Source: an uncultured Gemmatimonadales bacterium (GTDB lineage Bacteria > Gemmatimonadota > Gemmatimonadetes > Longimicrobiales > RSA9). From it: a stretch of DNA of 64,000 bases. The notes beneath the pieces are model-generated. The model was not told where the DNA came from, did no database searches, and saw only the letters and a list, made by a program, of their open reading frames with translations. Of the stretch, positions 1 to 9,069 are shown in pieces. Location of the stretch: NCBI GenBank assembly GCA_963798085.1, contig CAWCRS010000002.1:192001-256000 (forward strand), written 5' to 3'. The number at the start of each line of letters is the position of its first letter. The stretch's first letter is position 1. The position numbers were made by a program, and so were the translations under genes.

Positions 1-312
1 GCTGCGTGCCCGATGGAACAACCGGACCGCATCATCCCGGCGGCCGAAGCGCAGCAGCGTCTCGCCCAGGCCTACCAGCGCGTCCTCGTGATCGGGATCC
101 AGCACGAGACCCCGCTCGAACGCCTGCTTCGCCCAGACAAAATCCTCTCGCGCCAGCTGCGTGTAGCCCAGACCGACGTACAACTCAACCGAGTGCGGAT
201 AGAGTCGCAGTCCCTCCTTCAGCGTCGTCAGCGCCGAGTCGTACTGACCATCGTCGTACATGCGGTGCGCGCGCTCATCATAATCCTCTGAGCTGAGGAG
301 AGAATCGGCCAT
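1..312 (-). CDS. Tetratricopeptide-repeat protein (N-terminal part; runs off left edge)
   Basis: Manual minus-strand translation from ATG at 312: MADSLLSSEDYDERAHRMYDDGQYDSALTTLKEGLRLYPHSVELYVGLGYTQLAREDFVWAKQAFERGLVLDPDHEDALVGLGETLLRFG, a TPR helix pattern. AGGAGG SD lies upstream. Not in the ORF track because the stop is outside the window. Confidence 0.85.
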   Translation of the reverse strand, partial: MADSLLSSEDYDERAHRMYDDGQYDSALTTLKEGLRLYPHSVELYVGLGYTQLAREDFVWAKQAFERGLVLDPDHEDALVGLGETLLRFGRRDDAVRLFHRARS

Positions 313-622
313 TCGACGCCTCCTCCTGGCGCGATTGCAGGTGCCACTTGGCTCGAAGGTGCGGTGGGGTCGCTCCAGATTGGACCACAATGTAATGAGG
401 TTGCTACTGCGTTGCTACCCCTACGGATTGTGGGACCCGGCTTCCCAACACGAAGTTGCCGCCAGCGCAACGGTACACGATACCGCTTGCCCGCAAGCCT
501 GCGTCTCTGCGACTTTGTTGAGCCCGAAAAGTCAGAGGCTCGTGCATTCCGTCAGCGGATCGCGCGGACGCACCTTCTGATAGGCGACGGAGTGCAAGGG
601 TGGTTCCAGTCGAGGAGGCAAT

Positions 623-916
623 GTGCTGGGCTGGTGGCGTCGGCGGCGATTGAGCGAGGCGGGACGGCGGCGGCTGATGATCGGCCTGGCGCGCGCCGAG
701 GAAGAGCTGGTGGAGACGCACGTGCAGAATGCGCTCGACCTGTTCGATGCGATCGGTGACGAGATACCGCTCGATCGGGCGCTGGAGATCTACCTCGACT
801 CGATGGAGGTGACCGATCCTCGCGCTGCGATCGTGGCGAGGCGGGTGATGGCGCGACTGGAGGCTGGCGCCGCGCGCGCGCGCAGGAAGCCGCGCGCGCG
901 CGCCGACAGCGATTAG
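623..916 (+). CDS. Hypothetical small helical protein
   Basis: 97-aa ORF with GAGGAGG SD before the GTG start and protein-like composition (EEELVETHVQNALDLFDAIG). Confidence 0.75.
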   Translation: MLGWWRRRRLSEAGRRRLMIGLARAEEELVETHVQNALDLFDAIGDEIPLDRALEIYLDSMEVTDPRAAIVARRVMARLEAGAARARRKPRARADSD

Positions 917-918
917 CG

Positions 919-2214
919 TCAGGGCGAGAAGACGACGCCGCAGGACGGACAGACGAATTGCCGACCGCGGCGTCGCAAGCCAACCGGTACCGAGTGCCGC
1001 GGGCACAGCGCTTCGCGCCCCTGCTCCTCCGCCTGGGCAATGGCGGCGTTCTCGTTGCGTGTCGCCTTGGGCAGCACGAACTGCTTGCGCTGCGCGCAGC
1101 TGAGACATTCGAACCAGACTTCGCCGCCGCCATTGGCGAGGGTGGCGACGCGCACGACTTCCGAGAAGCCACCGCAACCGACAACGCACGGAACCATCTG
1201 GCCGGCGAGGTAGGCGCCGAGCGGATCGGTCTTCTGCAGTGGCGGTGAGGGCCGGACGCGCTGGTCGCGCGGCCGCTTGCGCTTCTTGCGGCGGCGCGGA
1301 CCAGGGGCGGCGTCCTCCTCGACGAGCACGGGCGTTTTGCGCTTGCGCCGTCGAGGCCGAACCGCGACGGGGGCTTCGGCCTCGACCAGCATCGGGTCTG
1401 CGTCTTCGCCCTGGAAAGCCGGTTCCTCGTCGTCGTCGCTGGCTTCCTCGTATTCAGGCTCCCCGACTTCTGTTTCCTCCGGTTCATCGTCTTCGAAGAT
1501 GGACTTGCGCCGCGACCGGCCACCCGAAGGCGCGCGCTTGGCGCGGGTGGGAGGCCCGCCCGGACGGCCACTCGCGGGGCGAGGCGGCTTCTGCGGCGCC
1601 GCCGCATCTGACGGGGCAGCCGCCTTCTTCGCGCGAGGCGGTTTCTGCGGCGCCGCTGCATCTGCCGCAGGCGCCTTCCTGGGACGAGGTGGCTTCTCTG
1701 CTGCCGCCGGCGGAGCCGTTTCGGCGACCGCGACCACGGGAGCCGGTGCCGCGGCAGGCGCCGGCTTGGGCTTGCGGGTTTTTTCGACCGGTGGTCTGGT
1801 CTCCGCACGCGGCTTCCGGGCCGGTGTCTCCACCGCCCGCTTCGCGCGTGTCGTCACCCGCTCGGCCTTGCGGGCTGGCGCTGTCCTGGCAGCGGCGCGG
1901 GCCGGCTTGCTCGCTGGCTTGGCCGCTGGCTTGGCCGCCTTCCGGGCCGGCTTCTCCGCTGCTCGGGTCGCGGTGCGCTTCTCCTTGCGGGCGGGGGCCT
2001 TGCGGGACGCAGTCGCCCGATCCGCCGCCTTGCGTGCAGGCTTGCGTGCCTCCGACTTCCGCTTCGCCGTCTTGCGTGTGGCCGAGCCGGTAGCCGCCTT
2101 GCGCGCTGGCTTCGCCGCCTTGCGGTCGGTTGTCTTGCGAGGGGCGGCCTTCTTCTTCTTTGCGGTTTCGCGCGATTTGGGCGCCGCCGGTCTGACCTTC
2201 TTGCGAGCCGCCAT
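919..2214 (-). CDS. Histone H1-like Lys/Arg/Ala-rich protein with acidic linker and C-terminal Cys-rich (Zn-ribbon) domain
   Basis: N-terminal K/R/A/P-rich repeats (KPARKAA, KPAAKPAS), an acidic stretch (EDDEPEETEVGEPEYEEASDDDEE), and C-terminal CVVGC..CLSC..CPRH..CPSC. GGGAGG SD before ATG at 2214. Confidence 0.8.
   Translation of the reverse strand: MAARKKVRPAAPKSRETAKKKKAAPRKTTDRKAAKPARKAATGSATRKTAKRKSEARKPARKAADRATASRKAPARKEKRTATRAAEKPARKAAKPAAKPASKPARAAARTAPARKAERVTTRAKRAVETPARKPRAETRPPVEKTRKPKPAPAAAPAPVVAVAETAPPAAAEKPPRPRKAPAADAAAPQKPPRAKKAAAPSDAAAPQKPPRPASGRPGGPPTRAKRAPSGGRSRRKSIFEDDEPEETEVGEPEYEEASDDDEEPAFQGEDADPMLVEAEAPVAVRPRRRKRKTPVLVEEDAAPGPRRRKKRKRPRDQRVRPSPPLQKTDPLGAYLAGQMVPCVVGCGGFSEVVRVATLANGGGEVWFECLSCAQRKQFVLPKATRNENAAIAQAEEQGREALCPRHSVPVGLRRRGRQFVCPSCGVVFSP
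1579..1710. repeat. Intragenic ~54-bp tandem repeat (DAAAPQKPPR units)
   Basis: gcgaggcgg(c/t)ttctgcggcgccgc(c/t)gcatctg at 1579 and 1633, plus a degenerate third copy near 1685. Confidence 0.75.
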
Positions 2215-2299
2215 GCTCACCTCCCACGCTCCGATTGCAGTCGACGGTGGCGGCCGGCCGCGGTGAATTCCCAGGCCTGCGTCCCGGAGCCCCCGGTTT

Positions 2300-2417
2300 C
2301 AGCGACCCGCCCAGTCTGCCCGCCGCCGCGCGGGTCGCTGTTCATGCCTGTCACGAGTGACGCTTGCTGATGGCGCGGCGAGAAGCCGCCGGCCGGAAAA
2401 AAAACCGACCGATTATA
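2300..2417 (-). promoter_or_regulatory. Putative sigma70 -10 box and structured 5' leader of the histone-like gene
   Basis: Perfect TATAAT on the minus strand at 2417-2412; 11-bp stem cagcgacccgc/gcgggtcgctg at 2300-2340 within the leader. Confidence 0.45.
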
Positions 2418-2598
2418 GCGTGACGCGCAAGTGCCTCGCCAAACTGGCGCGGTCCGCCTGCGCCCGAAACGCAACGAGCACCCGGCGATCGTCACCTGGT
2501 GCCGGGGGCAACGGTCGCAACTGCGCCTTCAGAAAACGGGGCTTTACACCTGCAACGGGCATGGCGCGCTGCGCTCTCGCACACACCCTGGGGGAACT

Positions 2599-2889
2599 TC
2601 AGGCTACGTTGGCATCCTCGAGCGTGAGTGCCGTGTGTTCCTTGCCGTGGGGGATGACCGGGCCGCAGAAACGGAGTCCCGTTCCGCGGAGCTGCTCCAG
2701 TTCCACCGGCGTGAGTTCCGGATGCCGCTCCGCCATGAAACCCAGCGTCTCCGTCATCCATTCCTCGCGTTGCTGCTGATCGGCCTCCATCACTCCACAC
2801 TGACGGATCGCGCTGAAGAGCTCGTCCCTGGCCCGATCGAATGGGGTGGGTTCACGCTTGGTACGCTTCTGACTTCTCTTTCGCGCCAA
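2599..2889 (-). CDS. Hypothetical protein
   Basis: TTG start at 2889 preceded by GGAGG; sequence PTPFDRARDELFSAIRQCGVMEA...LRFCGPVIPHG is protein-like. Confidence 0.75.
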   Translation of the reverse strand: MARKRSQKRTKREPTPFDRARDELFSAIRQCGVMEADQQQREEWMTETLGFMAERHPELTPVELEQLRGTGLRFCGPVIPHGKEHTALTLEDANVA

Positions 2890-2992
2890 TGCCTTGCCTC
2901 CGGTTCGTTGTTCCGAGATCCTACGCACTGCAACTGCGGGTCCAGGGAGGATCAAAATAACCCGCACCACTGCTTTCGGGAAAGATGTGCCC

Positions 2993-4567
2993 ATGGACGC
3001 CGTGCGACTCGAGATCTATCGCCATCTGTTCACCGCATTGGCGGAGGAGATGGGCGCTGCGCTCCGCCGGTCCGCTTATTCGCCGAACATCAAGGAGCGA
3101 CGCGATTACTCGTGCGCCGTCTTCAATGGTAGGGGACGTGTGATCGCAATGGGGGATCACATGCCCGTGCACCTTGGCGCCATGCCCATGAGTGTCAGCG
3201 CGGCGATCGCGGCATTCGGCTCGCTCGAACCGGGCAACGTCGTGATGCTGAACGATCCCTTCGAGGGTGGCACGCATCTGCCCGACATCACCGTGGTCTC
3301 GGCCGCATGGGCGGAAAGTGGCGAGCCGCTCGGTTACCTCGCTGCGCGCGCGCACCATTCCGATGTGGGCGGCATGGCGCCGGGCTCGATGCCGCTGGCT
3401 CGTGAGATCTACCAGGAAGGGCTGCGCCTGCCACCCGTGCTCGTGGTGCGGCGAGGCGAGCGTGTGCACGATCTGTGGCGCGTGGTGCGCGCCAACGTGC
3501 GCACGCCGGACGAACGCGAAGGCGATCTCACCGCACAGCTCGCCGCGCTGGTCACCGGGGAGCGCCGCCTCAGCGAAATGGTGGCACGCCGCGGAGAGAC
3601 CGAAGTGCGCGCGGCCATGTCCGCGCTCATCGACTACGCGGACCGGCTCGTGCGCCGCGGCATTGAACGCATCCCCGATGGCGTGTACGAGGCCGTCGAC
3701 GTCCTGGACGATGATGGCTGTGGCAACGGTCCTCTGCCCATTCGCGTGCGGATCGAAGTGCGAGGGGATCGCGTGACCGCCGATTTCACGGGCACATCGC
3801 CGCAGACGGCTGGTGGCGTCAATGCCGTGGCCGCAATCACTACCTCCGCTGCGCGCTACGTGCTGCGCTGCTTCGTGGAAGCGCTGCTGGATCAGCCGCT
3901 GCCCGCGGGCGGCGGCGAGATGCGCGCGCTCGAGCTGGTGCTGCCCCAGGGCTCGCTGGTGTGCGCCCGTCCCCCGGCGAGCGTGGCGGCCGGCAACGTC
4001 GAGACCTCGCAGCGCGTGACCGACGTGATGCTGCTCGCATTCGCGCAGGCGCTGCCGCAGCTCGCGCCCGCGCAGTCGCAGGGCACCATGAACAACCTGG
4101 CAGCGGGCGGCATCGATCCGCGCGACGGCAGCGCCTTCGCCTACTATGAGACGATGGCCGGCGGTCAGGGCGCCTCGCCGGCCGGGCCCGGCCTCTCCGC
4201 CGTGCACGTGCACATGTCCAACTCGCTGAACACGCCCATCGAAGCGCTGGAGCACGCGTATCCATTCCGCGTGCGCCGCTACGAGCTGCGGCGAGGCAGT
4301 GGCGGCGCCGGACATCATCGCGGCGGCAATGGTGTGCGCCGCGACATCGAGCTGCTGGCGGATGCCGAGGTGAGTCTGCTCACGGAGCGGCGCGTGCACG
4401 CACCTGCGGGACTCGCGGGCGGCGCCAGCGGAGCGTGCGGCGAGAATGTGTTGATTCGCGCGGGCGAAGCTTCGCCCTTGCCGGCCAAGGCGACGTTTCG
4501 CACGAAAGCGGGCAATGTGCTCAGCCTTCGCTCACCGGGCGGCGGTGGCTGGGGCAGACCGGATTGA
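2993..4567 (+). CDS. Hydantoinase B / 5-oxoprolinase family protein
   Basis: Motifs EEMG..LRRSAYSPNIKERRDYSCA, HMPVHLG, NDPFEGGTHLPD, AHHSDVGG..PGS, GNVETSQR, NTPIEALE, SPGGGGWG. Confidence 0.95.
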   Translation: MDAVRLEIYRHLFTALAEEMGAALRRSAYSPNIKERRDYSCAVFNGRGRVIAMGDHMPVHLGAMPMSVSAAIAAFGSLEPGNVVMLNDPFEGGTHLPDITVVSAAWAESGEPLGYLAARAHHSDVGGMAPGSMPLAREIYQEGLRLPPVLVVRRGERVHDLWRVVRANVRTPDEREGDLTAQLAALVTGERRLSEMVARRGETEVRAAMSALIDYADRLVRRGIERIPDGVYEAVDVLDDDGCGNGPLPIRVRIEVRGDRVTADFTGTSPQTAGGVNAVAAITTSAARYVLRCFVEALLDQPLPAGGGEMRALELVLPQGSLVCARPPASVAAGNVETSQRVTDVMLLAFAQALPQLAPAQSQGTMNNLAAGGIDPRDGSAFAYYETMAGGQGASPAGPGLSAVHVHMSNSLNTPIEALEHAYPFRVRRYELRRGSGGAGHHRGGNGVRRDIELLADAEVSLLTERRVHAPAGLAGGASGACGENVLIRAGEASPLPAKATFRTKAGNVLSLRSPGGGGWGRPD

Positions 4568-4597
4568 TGGTGGAATGCGAGAGCTACGGACGCGCGA

Positions 4598-4625
4598 GAG
4601 GCCCGGGCGCTGCCGACCGGGCCTC
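4598..4625. terminator. Hairpin between convergent genes
   Basis: 9-bp stem gaggcccgg/ccgggcctc. Confidence 0.45.
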
Positions 4626-4682
4626 CCCGCCACCGCCGTGAGCCGGCCCGCGCACGAGCCGGCCCACGGGCCGCAACCCGCG

Positions 4683-5198
4683 TTACTTCGCACTCTTGAT
4701 GCGATTCAGGATATCGTCACGATCCTTGTCCGCGAGCAGCGGCGAGCGCGCCAGCATTTCCGCCTTGCGAGCCAGGCGCGTCACGTTCTCACCATCACCG
4801 GATTCGCGCGCGAGGAACGCGGCGTCGAGATACGTCGCTGCAGCCTGCATCACATCACCCGTGGACGCCGCCTCATCGGCCGCGCGCTCCATCAGCGTGC
4901 GTGCGCGCTCCACATCACCGCGGTAGAACGACAGCCTCGCCGCCATCGAAATGTCGCGCGTGCGGATCGGGTCACCCAGCTCACGCGTGTCGGCCGCCTT
5001 CAGGAAGAGCCGCGCGGCCTCGTCGTAACGCTTCGGGTACGGAAACAGACTCCTTGCCTGCGACTCGAAATCCGTCGGATCCGCCGTCACGCGATCACTC
5101 GGGCCCGCAAATGCGATCTGTTTGGCCGACCCCGCTGCGGGACGCAGAGAGATGAGGCCGGCTGCGAGTATGGTCGCAAATGCAATCGTCTTCCTCAT
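4683..5198 (-). CDS. Hypothetical secreted helical (TPR-like) protein
   Basis: AAGGAG SD, signal peptide MRKTIAFATILAAGLISL, Ala-rich helical repeats. Confidence 0.75.
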   Translation of the reverse strand: MRKTIAFATILAAGLISLRPAAGSAKQIAFAGPSDRVTADPTDFESQARSLFPYPKRYDEAARLFLKAADTRELGDPIRTRDISMAARLSFYRGDVERARTLMERAADEAASTGDVMQAAATYLDAAFLARESGDGENVTRLARKAEMLARSPLLADKDRDDILNRIKSAK

Positions 5199-5648
5199 TG
5201 TGGTGCTCCTTCCGACTCGGGTTGTACCGCTGATTGCGAGCGTGGCCTCGGGCCCGGGCACCGTGACGTGACCCGCCGCCCCGTGGCCACTGAACCCTCG
5301 GCCACACTCGCGTCATGCGCCCATCTAAGACGTCAGGTTCACGCCACATGATTCGAGTGCGGGCCGAATGGTGTGAAGTCACGTGCGAATGTCGGCGCTG
5401 CGGGGACGAAGCCGGGAACCGCGATGATGATTTTTCCGTGCCGCACATGCGCGCGCGCCAACAGCGTGTTCCAAATCCGGGACGCGCGTCCCGCAACCGC
5501 TACATGCCAGACGACGATTGCGCTTCGCCGCTTGCGCGCGCTGCGCACTGCGGGAGCGCGCAACGCATGACACCAGTCGCGCACGCATCATGACGAAACT
5601 GTTCTCAAACCGTGAACGAATGGTAAAAGACGCGCGTACCGGAATGAG

Positions 5649-7862
5649 ATGCCATTGATGCGCATGCGGAGGTGGCAGCAGTGCACGCCCCTGCTGCGCA
5701 GCGGCCTGACCGTGCTGGCTGCCGCCGGGGCGGCGGGCCGCGCACGCGCGCAGCAGCTCACGGTGGAGCGCATCTTCTCCAGCGACTTCGCCGCGCGCAC
5801 TGCGGATGTGGCATTCATGGCCGACGGGCGCAGGCTGCAGAGCTTCGCGCGCAACGGTGATTACGTAGATGTCTGGGTCGAGCGCATCGGCAGCGCACAG
5901 CCCGCACGCGCCATCGATGGCTCGCAGCTGGTGCCCGCAGGCGGCTCCCGCGCGATCACTCTGCGCGACATCGCCTGGAGCGGTGACGAACAGCGCGCCC
6001 TGATCCTTGCTGCGGACACGCAGGCGGAACCCGCCGCCGGCTGCGGCACTTTCTACGTGTGGGACGTCGCCAGCCATCGACTCGTCGCCCTCAGCGCGCG
6101 CGCCGGCATGCAGCAGTTCGCGCAATTCTCGCCTGACGGCACGCAGGTCGCATTCGTCCGCGCGCACGATCTGTACGTTGCTGATCCGTCTGCTGGCCGC
6201 GAGCTGCGACTCACCACGGACGGCAGCGACAGCATCGCCAATGGTGCGGGGGATCGCGCGTACGCGGATGAACTGCGGCTGCGTGCCGCATTCCGCTGGA
6301 GTCCCGACGGCCGGCGCATTGCCTACTGGCATTTCGACGAGACCGCTGTCGCCAGGTTCTACAATGTGGATGCGCTCGCGCTGTATCCGCGCGTGGTCTC
6401 CGCCCGTTACGCCCAGGCGGGCACGCCGACCGCACGCGTGGAGCTGCGCGTCGTGGACATCGCCACCGGCCGCACCATACGCATCGATGCCGGCCGCGAC
6501 AGCGCTGGCTGGCTGCCCCGCATGCAGTGGATCGGGCCGGATGAGCTGGTGATCCAGAGGCTGAATCGTCGCCAGAACCAGCTCGACGTCCTGCTCGCCA
6601 GTGCAGCGAGCGGCGACACGCGCACCGTCCTCACCGAGCGCGATTCCACGTGGCTGCATCTTCCCGACGACATCACATGGGTGCGCCAGGGCCGGCAGTT
6701 CCTCTGGTCGAGCGAGCGCGACGGCTTTCGACACATCTACCTGTACGCGCGCGACGGCACGCTGGTGCGTCAGCTGACGCACGGTGCGTGGGACGTGTCG
6801 GAAATCGCGGGAACCGACGATGCCGGCACCGTGTTCTTCACGGCATCGGAACCGGGACCGCAGCAGAAGCAGCTCTTCGCTGTCGGTCTGGATGGCAAGG
6901 GACTGCGGCGCGTCTCGATCGAGCCGGGCACGCACGAAGTCCTGCTGGCGCCCGGCGGCCGCTATTACGTGGACACGTGGTCCCGCGCGGGCGTGCCGCC
7001 GGTCACCCGGCTGCACAGCGCGGACGGGCGCGTGCTGCGCACGCTGCTCGATAACAGCGCGCTAGCCAGCCGCCTGGCCGGCCTCGAGCTCGAGGCGCCC
7101 GAGTTCTTCAGCTTCGCCGCCGCCGACGGCGTGACACTCAACGGGTGGCTCATCAAGCCCCCCGGCTTCGACGCCAGCCGGCGCTACCCCGTGCTGCTCT
7201 ACGTGTACGGCGGTCCTGGCTCGCAGACCGTCACCGATGCATGGGACGGAGCACGCTATCTCTGGCACCAGCTGCTGGCGCAACAGGGCATCGTGGTGGC
7301 CAGCGTGGACGGCCGGGGAACGGGCGGGCGGGGACGCGCCTTCAGCCGTGCCTCCAGCGGCCAGCTCGGGCGACTGGAAGCCCGCGATCAGGTGGAAGCG
7401 GCCCGCCACATGGCCGCGCTGCCCTGGGTGGACAGCGATCGCATCGGCATTTGGGGCTGGAGTTACGGCGGCTACGTCGCGGCGCTCAGCATGATGAGCA
7501 GCGACGCGTTCCGCGCCGGCATCGCCGTCGCGCCGGTGGCGGACTGGCGCCTCTACGACGCGGTGTATGCCGAGCGCTTCATGGGTATGCCCGCGGACCG
7601 CGCGCAGGCGTACGACGAAAGCTCCCTGCTGAAACACGCCGCCCAGCTGCGCGGTCGACTGCTGCTCGTGCACGGCACGGGCGATCCTAACGTGCACTTT
7701 CAGAACTCGCTCCAGCTGGCGGCCGCGCTGCAGGCCGCGGCCCGCTCGTTCGACATGATGGTCTATCCTGACGGCACGCACAGCCTGTCGCGCGGTGGCA
7801 CACCGATCCATCTCTTCCACACCCTGACCGACTGGCTGCAGCGCAACCTGCTGCGCCCGTGA
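5649..7862 (+). CDS. Dipeptidyl-peptidase IV-like S9B serine peptidase
   Basis: DPPIV N-terminal propeller, VYGGPGSQ, catalytic GWSYGG, HGTGDPNVH and terminal His motif; signal peptide. Confidence 0.95.
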   Translation: MPLMRMRRWQQCTPLLRSGLTVLAAAGAAGRARAQQLTVERIFSSDFAARTADVAFMADGRRLQSFARNGDYVDVWVERIGSAQPARAIDGSQLVPAGGSRAITLRDIAWSGDEQRALILAADTQAEPAAGCGTFYVWDVASHRLVALSARAGMQQFAQFSPDGTQVAFVRAHDLYVADPSAGRELRLTTDGSDSIANGAGDRAYADELRLRAAFRWSPDGRRIAYWHFDETAVARFYNVDALALYPRVVSARYAQAGTPTARVELRVVDIATGRTIRIDAGRDSAGWLPRMQWIGPDELVIQRLNRRQNQLDVLLASAASGDTRTVLTERDSTWLHLPDDITWVRQGRQFLWSSERDGFRHIYLYARDGTLVRQLTHGAWDVSEIAGTDDAGTVFFTASEPGPQQKQLFAVGLDGKGLRRVSIEPGTHEVLLAPGGRYYVDTWSRAGVPPVTRLHSADGRVLRTLLDNSALASRLAGLELEAPEFFSFAAADGVTLNGWLIKPPGFDASRRYPVLLYVYGGPGSQTVTDAWDGARYLWHQLLAQQGIVVASVDGRGTGGRGRAFSRASSGQLGRLEARDQVEAARHMAALPWVDSDRIGIWGWSYGGYVAALSMMSSDAFRAGIAVAPVADWRLYDAVYAERFMGMPADRAQAYDESSLLKHAAQLRGRLLLVHGTGDPNVHFQNSLQLAAALQAAARSFDMMVYPDGTHSLSRGGTPIHLFHTLTDWLQRNLLRP

Positions 7863-7911
7863 TCGTCTTTCGTGGTGGTGCGTGCGGGGGTCATAATGGA
7901 GGGGTGGCGCA

Positions 7912-7932
7912 GGACTTTGTGGGGCAGAGAAC
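7912..7932 (+). promoter_or_regulatory. Candidate operator for the downstream winged-helix regulator
   Basis: Imperfect inverted repeat ACTTTG-N5-CAGAGA just downstream of a CATAAT -10-like box (7892-7897). Confidence 0.35.
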
Positions 7933-7949
7933 TTGACATTGGGAGAAAA

Positions 7950-8567
7950 ATGCACGACCATCCCCTCAGACAACGCACCGCCAAGGGCGAAACCCGCGCT
8001 ATCCACGAACGCGCCATCGACAACCTGCGCTACATCCGGGACGCGATGGAGCGGGCCAGCGCGTTCACGGCGGTGCCGGGCTGGGGCGGCGCGCTGATGG
8101 GTGTATCCGCAGCGGTGGCAGCGGGGCTGGCGGCGCGCGTGCGCGCGCAACCGGAGCGCTGGCTGAGGATCTGGCTGGTGGAAGCGGTGGTGGCGCTGCT
8201 GATTGGCGCGGTCGCCCTGGGACTCAAGGCGAAGCGGGCGCGGGTGTCACTGATGAGTGGGTCGGGCCGGCGCTTCGCACTGAGCTTTCTGCCGCCCGTT
8301 CTGGTGGGTGGGCTGCTGACGGCAGGACTGGTGCGGGCCCATGACTACGCGTTGCTGCCCGCGACCTGGCTGCTGACGTACGGCGCGGCGGTGGTGACGG
8401 GCGGGACATTCTCGGTGCCCGTGGTGCCGGTGCTGGGTGTGGCCATCCTGGGCGTGGGCGGCCTGGCGTTGATCATGCCGCAGCACGGCGATGTATGGAT
8501 GGGGCTGGGCTTCGGTGGGTTGGAGATGGTGTTCGGTGTCTGGATCGCGAGGAGGCACGGTGGCTAG
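7950..8567 (+). CDS. Multi-pass membrane protein
   Basis: About 6 hydrophobic segments; N-terminal AIDNLRYIRDAMERA; overlaps the start of the regulator gene. Confidence 0.85.
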   Translation: MHDHPLRQRTAKGETRAIHERAIDNLRYIRDAMERASAFTAVPGWGGALMGVSAAVAAGLAARVRAQPERWLRIWLVEAVVALLIGAVALGLKAKRARVSLMSGSGRRFALSFLPPVLVGGLLTAGLVRAHDYALLPATWLLTYGAAVVTGGTFSVPVVPVLGVAILGVGGLALIMPQHGDVWMGLGFGGLEMVFGVWIARRHGG

Positions 8568-8943
8568 GACGGCGAGGGCGGCAGAAGGCGGACCGGCGCG
8601 GGAGCCCCGGCGCAAGCCGGAACTGCGCGGCGTCCGGGGTGACGCCGTGGCATCACCCACGGAACTGGACCGCCTGATTCACGAGCGCGTCCGACTGGGG
8701 ATCGTCAGCGCCCTCGCGGTGAACGAGGCGCTGACCTTCAACGAGCTCAAGTCTCTGCTGGAGACGACGGACGGCAACCTGAGCGTGCACGCGCGCAAGC
8801 TGGAGGATGCCGGCTACATCCGCTGCACCAAGTCCTTCGAGGGGCGCATGCCGCGTACCGAGTACGCGCTCACCGAGGCCGGTCGCCGCGCCCTGCGCGG
8901 CTACGTGGAGCATATGGAGGCGCTGATCCGGGCGGTGAGGTAG
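8560..8943 (+). CDS. Winged-helix transcriptional regulator (MarR/ArsR-like, HTH_34 type)
   Basis: LDRLIHERVRLGIVSAL..LTFNELK..TDGNLSVHARKLEDAGYI..PRTEYALTEAG; GGAGG SD before GTG. Confidence 0.92.
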   Translation: MARTARAAEGGPAREPRRKPELRGVRGDAVASPTELDRLIHERVRLGIVSALAVNEALTFNELKSLLETTDGNLSVHARKLEDAGYIRCTKSFEGRMPRTEYALTEAGRRALRGYVEHMEALIRAVR

Positions 8944-8986
8944 GCAGCGAGGCAACGAGCGGGCGGGCGTCCCCGGCAAACGGATC

Positions 8987-9054
8987 ATTATCACGGAGGC
9001 GCGGGGCCGCGGAGGGTACAGGTCCTCCGCGGTTCCGCGCCTCCGCGTGATAAT
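8987..9054. terminator. Long palindrome / bidirectional terminator (REP-like)
   Basis: attatcacggaggcgcggggccgcggagg ... cctccgcggttccgcgcctccgcgtgataat between convergent genes. Confidence 0.7.
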
Positions 9055-9069
9055 AGCCTGTTGGGAGGA

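Noticed and set aside
13..291. Plus-strand 92-aa ORF
   Set aside because: It is the antisense shadow of the minus-strand TPR gene, which has an SD and a recognisable fold.
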